From an uncultured Pirellulales bacterium (lineage in GTDB: Bacteria; Planctomycetota; Phycisphaerae; Sedimentisphaerales; CAYZTY01), in assembly GCA_964444665.1 (NCBI GenBank), contig CAYUIE010000003.1, positions 110,280-174,279 of the forward strand: a DNA stretch of 64,000 bases. Reading direction: 5' to 3'. Both the position numbers and the translations under genes were made by a program. The notes beneath the pieces were generated by a model. It worked only from the letters and a program-made list of their open reading frames with translations. It searched no databases and was not told the origin of the DNA. Below, one piece after another: positions 38,968 to 46,709 of the stretch; the first letter of the stretch is position 1, and every line of letters begins with the position of its first letter.

Positions 38968-39006
38968 ATGTCAGAAAATCTATCGGCTCGTATAGAATCC
39001 TGACAT
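38968..39006. promoter_or_regulatory. Imperfect inverted repeat ATGTCAG-N25-CTGACAT with inner CTAT/ATAG pairing
   Basis: Read directly. It lies 25 nt after the activator stop codon and about 100-135 bp upstream of the sigma-54 promoter at 39103. No U-tract follows, so it could be either a UAS or a weak terminator. Confidence 0.25.
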
Positions 39007-39102
39007 ACCTGCGAAATACAACTTGTCTAATATAAAACGACTAAGCGATTTTCCTGTTAAAAGCCCAGTAATTACACCAACAACAACGCCTTCACCCAAG
39101 TT

Positions 39103-39118
39103 TGGCACATTTATTGCT
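39103..39118 (+). promoter_or_regulatory. Sigma-54 promoter for the + strand regulatory/flagellar gene run
   Basis: TGGCAC-ATTTA-TTGCT is a full match to TGGCAC-N5-TTGCW. It lies about 92-107 nt upstream of the ATG at 39210. Confidence 0.7.
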
Positions 39119-39209
39119 CAAATACACAAACAGGTAGTGAAATATGCTCTAATTTTAGGTTAATCTGTCCCGATTTATCGAAACTAAGCCGAGAGCAGAA
39201 TAAAAACTT

Positions 39210-42140
39210 ATGGCTAAGAAAAAGCCAAAAAAAATTCCCGAAAAAGGTCCTTTAAAGAAGCCACCAAAACAGGAACCTTCAGTCGAACCTCAGGATAAGC
39301 CATCGAAACAGGAACCTTCAGTCGAAGCTCATGAGAAGCCACCAAAACAGGAACCTTTAGTCGAAACTAATGAGAAGCCATCAAAACAGGAAACTTCAGT
39401 CGAAACTCATGAGAAGCCACCCAAACAGGGAGCTTCGGTCGAAGCTCAGGATAAGCCATCGAAACAGGAACCTTCAGACAAAGCTCATGAGAGGCCACCC
39501 AAACAGGAACCTTCAGACAAAGCTCATGGGAAGCCATCAAAACAGGAACCTTCAGTCAAAGCTCATGAGAGGCCACCCAAACAGGAACCTTCAGACAAAG
39601 CTCATGGGAAGCCATCAAAACAGGAACCTTCAGACAAAGCTCATGAGAAGCCGAAAAAACGCAATATATCCACAAAAATATCCACAAATGATAAAAAGGT
39701 TGTCGAGTCTACAGCCCAAAAGAAGCGAGCCCAGGTCACCCAGGAACATCCTTCCAAGATAAGAAACCTATTACGGTTATGGGCTGTGCTTAAGCATCTT
39801 TCGATCCTTCAGAAAGTCCTTGCTTTTAGTATTATCATTATTACAGCAATGCTCCTGTATGCTCTACTGAAACCACCAAAGAGAATTGCATCTCATACCG
39901 GCACAAGGCTTATTACCCCACAAAGAACTTCGCCGAAAGCTTTAACTACGCATGATTTGACAAAAATTCTGCCTACGCAAGTACAAAAACAACAACTTAA
40001 AAATACTCCGGTACAACCATTATCTATAAAAGTAGCTCAAGATTTCTATCTCCAAAAAAATTACAGCATGGCCTACGATATATACAACCAACTCGAGCAG
40101 GATCTTGTGGCAGGCAATGAAGCGGATCTGCTAAGAGATTTTCTTCAGTTTAAAATGGCCTTGTGCATAAAGAAAATAGGAGATGATAAACAGGCAAATC
40201 GTTTACTCAAGTTAATTTCAGAAAGCAATTCACCTATTTTAAGAATATTAGCCAATTATCATATAAGTCTTATCGAGATTCAAAATGAGCAATACTTAAA
40301 AGCAAGAACAAGAGCTTATAAGACACTTGCTCTGATAGGTGCGGTGGATTTGGGCCCAAACATGGCTTTATTACTGCAGCGTAATTGTCACTTTACGATT
40401 GCTGAATCCGTTACCAGATATGTTCTTTCATTATGCGATATTGATAAAGAAATTCCCGACCAAATGTGGAGCCAGCCGGAAGATATCGATCCTTTCTATA
40501 GCATCTACGATACCTATGTTTTAAATGAGCTTTTGAATTCCGGCTCAGAGCAATTAAGCAAAGGATTGCTTTCTCCACAAATTCAAAAAATCGAGCATCC
40601 GGATGCTCCAATACGCTGGTCTCTCACTTGTCACTGGACATCAATTGAAGAGGTCTTGGCCAGATTTGCCGCAAATGCAGAACTTGAAATTATCTGGACT
40701 TCCAGTAAGGATGTGATTGATAAAGTAATTAAAGACGCTATTCGCAACCGAGCGTTAAGTCTATATCTGCCGGCAGCAACAACGCGGCAAACTGTTACTA
40801 CAGCAGCCGGTTGTGTCGGTTTGTTGGCCCAATTAGATGAACAGGGACGAGTAAATATCCATAATCCGGACGAATATAGCTCGTTAACGGAATTCACATC
40901 CTTACTTTCCCGGGAGGCCATATCACTGTGGCAGAGATTTTTACTTTCCTTTTACGATGACCGGTGTGTTCCCAACGCTCATTTTGCCCTGGGACTTCTA
41001 AAAGCAAAGAGAGGTCAATTTATCGAATCAATCGCGGAATATAAACTAGTAGCAAATCGCTATTCACAAACACATTTAGCACCGTTTGCCCTTTTACAAT
41101 CCAGCAAGATAAAATCTAATCTTCGCGACTACCTTGGTGCAGGGCAGGACTTAAAACATCTTATTGAACAATATCCTGATAGTGAGCTTTCCGGCCAAGC
41201 CTGTTTATATCTTGCCGAGACTTCTATGAAGGGCGGACTTTTATATGAGGCCGCACGGCTTTACCGTAAAGTATATAACCTCGGATTATCACGACAATCA
41301 CAGACTGTTTCCGCCTTTGGAGCAGCTAAATGCTTCTACGAAATAGAAGATTATGAAGCCGCAGCCAAATGGTTAAACCGATACATCAACCTTTCCAAAT
41401 ACCAAACAAACAGAGAGCGATATTTGATTTATCTCCTTCTCGGTAAAACAAATTTAAATTTAGAAAATTTGCAGCAAGCCTGCAATGCTTTCCAATATGC
41501 ACTGACAGGCGAACTCTCTAAAGAAGAGTATATAGAAACTGTCTCTGCATTGATAGAAGCACAAATAAAACAGGAACATTTCATCGAGGCCCTTACGCTG
41601 ATAGACAGCGTACATCCCTGGCAATTCTCACAGAAAGAATCTATAGAGATACTGCTGATAAAAAGTAAAATCCTTCGAACTATGGGGCTGGTTAACAAAG
41701 CTGTCTATGTACTTGGCGAAAGAGTTGAATATATCCAGGACACACAATTAAAGACAAAACTCTATTTCGAATTATCTAAATGTTATATTGCACAAGACAA
41801 TCTTGAGCTTGCTCTTAGAGCCCTGTCGGAAACCCTCATCTTCGTAGAACCGGGACCTCTATCGCACGAAATTGCACTTGAGTTGGCCGATGTTTGCTTA
41901 AAACTCGGCGAACACTCGCAAACCATCACCTTATGCCTGCAGCTTTTAGATTCAAACCCCTCATCACAAATAAAACAAAAGGCTTTAAGCACTCTTGCAG
42001 CGGCCTATTACCAGCAAAAAAAATATGATAAGGCAACTCTTGCCTTCTTAGGCAGGTACAATGAACTTGAACCCGAAAATGAAAAAGGAATCTTTGTTAG
42101 TCCGGATGCCCCCAGCCAATTACTAAACATAGTTCAATAA
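39210..42140 (+). CDS. Large single-pass membrane protein: Lys/Pro/Glu tandem-repeat N-terminus, TM helix, ~750-aa TPR-rich domain
   Basis: Ten 13-aa repeats KP(P/S)KQEPSVEAHE, a TM segment VLAFSIIIITAMLLYALL, then many TPR-like pairs (YSMAYDIYNQL.., ESIAEYKLVANRYSQ.., YEAARLYRKVYNL.., YEAAAKWLNRYI.., YDKATLAFLGRY..). Confidence 0.7.
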   Translation: MAKKKPKKIPEKGPLKKPPKQEPSVEPQDKPSKQEPSVEAHEKPPKQEPLVETNEKPSKQETSVETHEKPPKQGASVEAQDKPSKQEPSDKAHERPPKQEPSDKAHGKPSKQEPSVKAHERPPKQEPSDKAHGKPSKQEPSDKAHEKPKKRNISTKISTNDKKVVESTAQKKRAQVTQEHPSKIRNLLRLWAVLKHLSILQKVLAFSIIIITAMLLYALLKPPKRIASHTGTRLITPQRTSPKALTTHDLTKILPTQVQKQQLKNTPVQPLSIKVAQDFYLQKNYSMAYDIYNQLEQDLVAGNEADLLRDFLQFKMALCIKKIGDDKQANRLLKLISESNSPILRILANYHISLIEIQNEQYLKARTRAYKTLALIGAVDLGPNMALLLQRNCHFTIAESVTRYVLSLCDIDKEIPDQMWSQPEDIDPFYSIYDTYVLNELLNSGSEQLSKGLLSPQIQKIEHPDAPIRWSLTCHWTSIEEVLARFAANAELEIIWTSSKDVIDKVIKDAIRNRALSLYLPAATTRQTVTTAAGCVGLLAQLDEQGRVNIHNPDEYSSLTEFTSLLSREAISLWQRFLLSFYDDRCVPNAHFALGLLKAKRGQFIESIAEYKLVANRYSQTHLAPFALLQSSKIKSNLRDYLGAGQDLKHLIEQYPDSELSGQACLYLAETSMKGGLLYEAARLYRKVYNLGLSRQSQTVSAFGAAKCFYEIEDYEAAAKWLNRYINLSKYQTNRERYLIYLLLGKTNLNLENLQQACNAFQYALTGELSKEEYIETVSALIEAQIKQEHFIEALTLIDSVHPWQFSQKESIEILLIKSKILRTMGLVNKAVYVLGERVEYIQDTQLKTKLYFELSKCYIAQDNLELALRALSETLIFVEPGPLSHEIALELADVCLKLGEHSQTITLCLQLLDSNPSSQIKQKALSTLAAAYYQQKKYDKATLAFLGRYNELEPENEKGIFVSPDAPSQLLNIVQ
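39258..39647 (+). repeat. In-frame tandem repeat, 10 x 39 bp (alternating into a 78-bp super-unit)
   Basis: Read directly: AAGCCA(CCA/TCR)AAACAGGAACCTTCAGTCGAAGCTCATGAG and variants. The last four units are nearly identical pairwise. Confidence 0.95.
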
Positions 42141-42141
42141 A

Positions 42142-43083
42142 ATGAAGAGTAAAAATTTACAGCCAACTATGATTGCAGATATTCAATTCAAGACGACTGG
42201 TAAGTGGGATTTAGAACATAAACATAAAGCATCAATCACCGAACACCGAGTCTCAGGCTTTTGGGCTTACTTGTGCTACTCAGCATTGCTAATCATCTGC
42301 TTGTTGTTAAATCCTGTAATCGCTAAACAACAATTGTCCAAAAGCTCAGAAAAACCAAATGAAAAACTACAAGAAGAAAACCTAACAAATCTTACAGGTT
42401 TAGAGGCGAAAGTAACCAGTGGATTACTAAGACATCAACTACAGCAGTCCAGAATTAGTATTTATCAAGTCGAGAAAGATAGCAAAAACAAAAAAGAACT
42501 TAAGCAAAGGATTGAGCAAATTCGCTCTGTTGTATTTAAGTCACAAAATCAGCCCCCCAAATCTAAACCTGTTACCGAGTTAATACCAGCAGTTGAGCCG
42601 AACAAAGTCGATACAACAATGCCTGAAAAATCCAAGAAAACAACATCGCCACCAAAATCTCAAGAACCGGTTAAATCCGGGTATCAATATGAGCCGGTAA
42701 GTGAGCATACTCTACAAATACTCGAAAAGATAATGCAAAATCCCAACGAGCTTAAAAACCCCTTCGAGTTGGCAGAAGTTTTATTCCTTAATGGTCATAC
42801 AAAAAAAGCAACAATTCTTTATCAGGAAGCTCTTAATCGCAAAGACCCGAATGATCTCAACTCAGTTCAGGAAAAAGCCTGGATATTATTTCAAATGGGC
42901 AACTGCCTACGAAGTTATGACCTTCAAGCGGCAAGAAAAACTTACAGACAGCTTATTGCAGAATATGCCGACTATCCCTGGATCGACATTGCCAAAGTTC
43001 AGGAAAAGATGATCCACTGGTATATAGAAGAAAAGCCGTATACGTTAATTAAAGAGTGTAAAGAATTAGTGGAAGGAATATAA
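42142..43083 (+). CDS. Membrane-anchored protein with C-terminal TPR-like module
   Basis: Starts 1 nt after the previous stop codon. It has a TM segment FWAYLCYSALLIICLLLNPVIA and a C-terminal helical repeat (KKATILYQEALNRKDPND..AWILFQMGNCLRSYDLQAARKTYRQLIAEY). Confidence 0.5.
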   Translation: MKSKNLQPTMIADIQFKTTGKWDLEHKHKASITEHRVSGFWAYLCYSALLIICLLLNPVIAKQQLSKSSEKPNEKLQEENLTNLTGLEAKVTSGLLRHQLQQSRISIYQVEKDSKNKKELKQRIEQIRSVVFKSQNQPPKSKPVTELIPAVEPNKVDTTMPEKSKKTTSPPKSQEPVKSGYQYEPVSEHTLQILEKIMQNPNELKNPFELAEVLFLNGHTKKATILYQEALNRKDPNDLNSVQEKAWILFQMGNCLRSYDLQAARKTYRQLIAEYADYPWIDIAKVQEKMIHWYIEEKPYTLIKECKELVEGI

Positions 43084-43120
43084 AAATTACAACAAAAAGA
43101 ATTAATGGAGCATCTCTAAC

Positions 43121-44626
43121 GTGAACAGCATTGAAACAAAAAACTTAGGCACAGACCTGTCAAAAGAAAATATTTTGAATATAATGATAGTCGGCAGCGA
43201 CCCTAATATGTCTCGATTTTTACTTGAGATTTTTGCCCACAAAGGGATTCGTGGTCATCTTGCCAATGATAGAAAAAGTGCGCTTAAATTCCTCGAGAAA
43301 AACAGCTGCGATCTCATATTTACCACCGACAAATTCAGCCAAAGTGCCGGCCATTCTTCTCAATCACATGATGGTTTCGAACTGCTTGCCGGAATTAATG
43401 CAAATTCACCGGAGCTTCCGGTGGTTATGATAACAAAGGCCCAAAACGGACAAACACAACAACAAAAAACAGTTGAAACAGCCGTTAGCGCAATTAAGCA
43501 AGGCTGTTGTGATTTTCTCATCGAGCCGCTCGACCGCAGGAAAATAGAAAATATTCTGGACAGCCTCTTGCCTAATCATAATGTTTCAACGATAGCCTTT
43601 GCCTACGAAGGTCCAAACTGCCTATACAGAATCGTAGGCAGAAGCTCAAAACTAATTCAAACTGTAGAATTGGCCAAAAGAATAGCACCAACCTCAGCAC
43701 CGGTTCTGGTAAGCGGTGAAAGTGGAACAGGCAAAGAGTTAATCTCTTTTCTTACCCATCACAAAAGTAAAAGAGCCCAGGGACCATACATTAAAGTTAA
43801 CTGCGCAGCATTAAGTGATTCCCTTCTTGAAAGCGAGCTGTTTGGGCACGAGAAAGGAGCCTTTACTGGTGCCTATTTTCAGCGTAAGGGCCGGTTTGAG
43901 ATGGCACATGGTGGAACTCTGCTGCTGGACGAAATTACCGAAACACCCCTCAAATTTCAGGCCAAACTTTTACGAGTACTTGAACAGCAGGATTTCGAGC
44001 GTGTCGGCGGCACCGAAAATGTTAAAGTCGACGTCAGAGTAATAAGCACAACCAATAAAGACTTGTTAGATGAAGTTCAAAAAGGCAGATTCCGCAAAGA
44101 CCTCTACTATCGGCTAAGCGGAATAAGATTGGTCATACCCCCTTTAAGAAAACGAAATGAAGATTTATATGACCTGGTTTGGTATTTCGTCAACATTTAT
44201 GCTCGTGAGTCTAATCGCCATATCGCTAAATTAGACTCTGCAATGATGGATATATTCGATAAGTATGACTGGCCCGGCAATGTTCGCCAATTACGAAATG
44301 TTGTACGAACATCATTGATTTTGGGAACAGACCATACTCTCTCACTGGCTGATGTCTCATGGCTTTTTGATGAATTACAACCGCTGCCGCAGGAAAAAGT
44401 AAGTGTATCCGAAGAAGTATACCAAAGCGGACAACCAAATAATCTTCAAAAGACGGGAATAGGGGGAATGCCTCTTAAGCAAGTAGAGCGAAGGGCAATT
44501 TTAGAGACATTACGTCAAACAGCAGGGAATCAAATCAAAGCTGCAAAGGTATTAGGCATTAGTGACAGGACTTTACGAGAAAAGATACATCGATATCGGC
44601 GCGAAGGTTGCTTACAGTTAACCTGA
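43121..44626 (+). CDS. Second sigma-54-dependent transcriptional activator (FlrC/FleR-like position, atypical receiver)
   Basis: Walker A GESGTGKELISFLTH, intact GAFTGA (EKGAFTGAY), LLLDEI, and C-terminal HTH AAKVLGISDRTLREKIHRY. The receiver-like N-terminus has an ambiguous phospho-acceptor context (CDLIFTTDKF). GTG start. Confidence 0.85.
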   Translation: MNSIETKNLGTDLSKENILNIMIVGSDPNMSRFLLEIFAHKGIRGHLANDRKSALKFLEKNSCDLIFTTDKFSQSAGHSSQSHDGFELLAGINANSPELPVVMITKAQNGQTQQQKTVETAVSAIKQGCCDFLIEPLDRRKIENILDSLLPNHNVSTIAFAYEGPNCLYRIVGRSSKLIQTVELAKRIAPTSAPVLVSGESGTGKELISFLTHHKSKRAQGPYIKVNCAALSDSLLESELFGHEKGAFTGAYFQRKGRFEMAHGGTLLLDEITETPLKFQAKLLRVLEQQDFERVGGTENVKVDVRVISTTNKDLLDEVQKGRFRKDLYYRLSGIRLVIPPLRKRNEDLYDLVWYFVNIYARESNRHIAKLDSAMMDIFDKYDWPGNVRQLRNVVRTSLILGTDHTLSLADVSWLFDELQPLPQEKVSVSEEVYQSGQPNNLQKTGIGGMPLKQVERRAILETLRQTAGNQIKAAKVLGISDRTLREKIHRYRREGCLQLT

Positions 44627-44663
44627 TGAAAATGTACCTAAAAGATAATGATGAGGTAAATAA

Positions 44664-45296
44664 ATGGCAGATACGGACGAGGAAAAAGAGCAAAAGGACG
44701 ACGTAAAAAAACAAGAAGAGCCCAAAGAAAAGTCTGAGGCTCCAAAGGAAAATCAGGATGATAAAAAGGCAGCCAAAAGTGGCTCCTTACAGTGGATAAT
44801 ATTGGCTGCCGTGGTTGCTTTCTGCGCTGGTTCAGGCTTCGGACTTGGCAGATTACTTGCTGGTTCCGTTAAAAACGAACCAGCCCAAGCTCCTCAAACC
44901 ACTACGGAAGAACTCAATCAGGCAAAAGATATAAAATCGGATGCACCTGATTTAAGCGGAGGAGAATCTCAAAAAACCTGGTATTATGATTTAGAACCGG
45001 TTGTCGCAAATCTCGATGAACCCGGTGTAACAAGATACATCAGGGCCGCCTTAACACTTCAAATCAACTCCGAGGTAGATCAAAAGAAAGGTGTCGCCTT
45101 TTTTGAAGAGAAAATGCCGCTCTTAACAGACTGGCTTACCATCTATTTTGCAGGTCTAAGCATAGAAGATATCAGAGGTGACAAAAATCTCAAGCGTATT
45201 AAGTCGCAAATACTCGACATTTTTAACGAAAAGCTTTTTCCTGACGTTAAACCTCAAATAAAAAACATCCTTTTTAAGGAATTAGCTATACAATGA
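44664..45296 (+). CDS. fliL: Flagellar basal-body-associated protein FliL
   Basis: Charged N-terminus, one TM segment, then YYDLEPVVANLDEPGVTRYIRAALTLQI...LKRIKSQILDIFNEKLF. It lies directly upstream of fliM. Confidence 0.8.
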   Translation: MADTDEEKEQKDDVKKQEEPKEKSEAPKENQDDKKAAKSGSLQWIILAAVVAFCAGSGFGLGRLLAGSVKNEPAQAPQTTTEELNQAKDIKSDAPDLSGGESQKTWYYDLEPVVANLDEPGVTRYIRAALTLQINSEVDQKKGVAFFEEKMPLLTDWLTIYFAGLSIEDIRGDKNLKRIKSQILDIFNEKLFPDVKPQIKNILFKELAIQ

Positions 45297-46243
45297 ATAA
45301 TGCAGACGCTAATAACTTAAGCAGACAGAAGATTCAACAACTCCTCGCCGCCGTCGGAACCGGTTCTGCAGAATATAATACACAGATACAAGCCACCGAG
45401 TATAATTGGCATCAACCTCATTACTTCGGTACTCAGCAGCTTAAAAAAATTGATGAAGTAGTCAAAAAATTTGCAACAGCTACAGCTGATAAATTCACTT
45501 CTCTTTGCCAAAAAGAATTTAATGCTACAATCGCCTCCGTTACACAGCATTATGCTTCGGAATTTTATGAACAACAGTCAGATAATCAGCTCGAACTTTT
45601 TCAGCCATTTGGCACCAACACAACTAACATATGTGGATTGGTCGCTGTACCCCACCCAACAGCAATTGCCTGGACAAGGCTTTTACTCGGCGACTCCGAA
45701 ACCGAAGACGATTCAGGCAAAGATTTATCGCAACTGGAAGTGTCACTTTTATCAGATATTTGTTCGAGCATCATTGATGCTTTCTCCAGCTCTTATGAAT
45801 CTTTCGATTTTCATCCGGTACAAGGTTTTATTAAAGGACAATTTCCCTTAAAATTGAAAAGCTCGGAGGAACTTTTTAAAATCACATTTAATGTAAACTT
45901 AGCTGATTCAGAAAAAGCATCTGATGCTTACCTTTTAATATTATGCAGCAAATTAGCACCTGTGGCAGAAAAAACGGCACCGATTGGTGAAAATAAAGAA
46001 CTTTCAAAACAAGAAACTTCAAAAGCTATTGTACGGTACATAGAGCAAATATACGTCTATGTTAAAGCCCAACTTTCTTCAACTTCACTTACTCTTGACC
46101 AGATATTAAATCTCCAGGTCGACGACATATTAGTTCTTGATAAAAGAGTTGATGAGCCAATCGAATTGATAGTTAACGGCCAAAGAATTTGTCGCGGCTG
46201 GCCTGCGAAATCAGCCGGCCAGTATGCCGTAGTAATCAAATAG
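45293..46243 (+). CDS. fliM: Flagellar motor switch protein FliM
   Basis: N-terminal LSRQKIQQLL (resembling the LSQxEIDxLL CheY-P-binding motif) and a C-terminal SpoA-type domain (LNLQVDDILVLDKRVDEPIELIVNGQRICRG). It overlaps fliL by 4 nt. Confidence 0.85.
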   Translation: MNNADANNLSRQKIQQLLAAVGTGSAEYNTQIQATEYNWHQPHYFGTQQLKKIDEVVKKFATATADKFTSLCQKEFNATIASVTQHYASEFYEQQSDNQLELFQPFGTNTTNICGLVAVPHPTAIAWTRLLLGDSETEDDSGKDLSQLEVSLLSDICSSIIDAFSSSYESFDFHPVQGFIKGQFPLKLKSSEELFKITFNVNLADSEKASDAYLLILCSKLAPVAEKTAPIGENKELSKQETSKAIVRYIEQIYVYVKAQLSSTSLTLDQILNLQVDDILVLDKRVDEPIELIVNGQRICRGWPAKSAGQYAVVIK

Positions 46244-46292
46244 AATCCATAAATGAATTAACCATCTTTAGAAAGAAATACAGGAGTATCTT

Positions 46293-46670
46293 ATGGCAAA
46301 AACAGATACAGCAGTTAAAGAAAAAGAGGGCGAGGCCGCTGATGATTCAAAAAAACAGGCGCAATCTGTTGAACTCACCGAGGCTACCGAAGGTCAAGCT
46401 ACTGGTCCCGGTGGTAGCATAGATATCCTACTTGATATGAACATACCGGTCACTGTTTCTATTGGCCAAACAGAAATTTCGGTAAAACGACTCCTGCAAC
46501 TTGGTTCCGGCTCAGTCTTGAAGCTTGATAAACCTATTGATGAGCCGGTAGACCTCTACCTAAAGGACACAAAGTTCGCCACTGGAAGTGTAGTGGTAGT
46601 GGACGGTTGGTTCGCCGTAAAGATAAACCAGATTTTGGGTACCGGGCCGCAAAAAGCAGATGTGACATAA
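46293..46670 (+). CDS. fliN: Flagellar motor switch protein FliN
   Basis: SpoA domain IDILLDMNIPVTVSIGQTEISVKRLLQLGSGSVLKLDKPIDEPVDLYL. Confidence 0.9.
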   Translation: MAKTDTAVKEKEGEAADDSKKQAQSVELTEATEGQATGPGGSIDILLDMNIPVTVSIGQTEISVKRLLQLGSGSVLKLDKPIDEPVDLYLKDTKFATGSVVVVDGWFAVKINQILGTGPQKADVT

Positions 46671-46709
46671 GTTAAATTCTCAGAATACTTTGTTCTAAAA
46701 GAAACTATT

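Noticed and set aside
39258-39647. Possible CRISPR array, because of the regular short repeats
   Set aside because: The units are contiguous with no unique spacers, they are in frame within a long ORF, and no cas genes are present.
39370-39762. 130-aa alternative-frame ORF (MRSHQNRKLQSKL...) across the tandem repeat
   Set aside because: It is the +1 reading of the same 39-bp repeat, so its periodicity is an artefact. The annotated frame continues into a TM helix and a long TPR domain.
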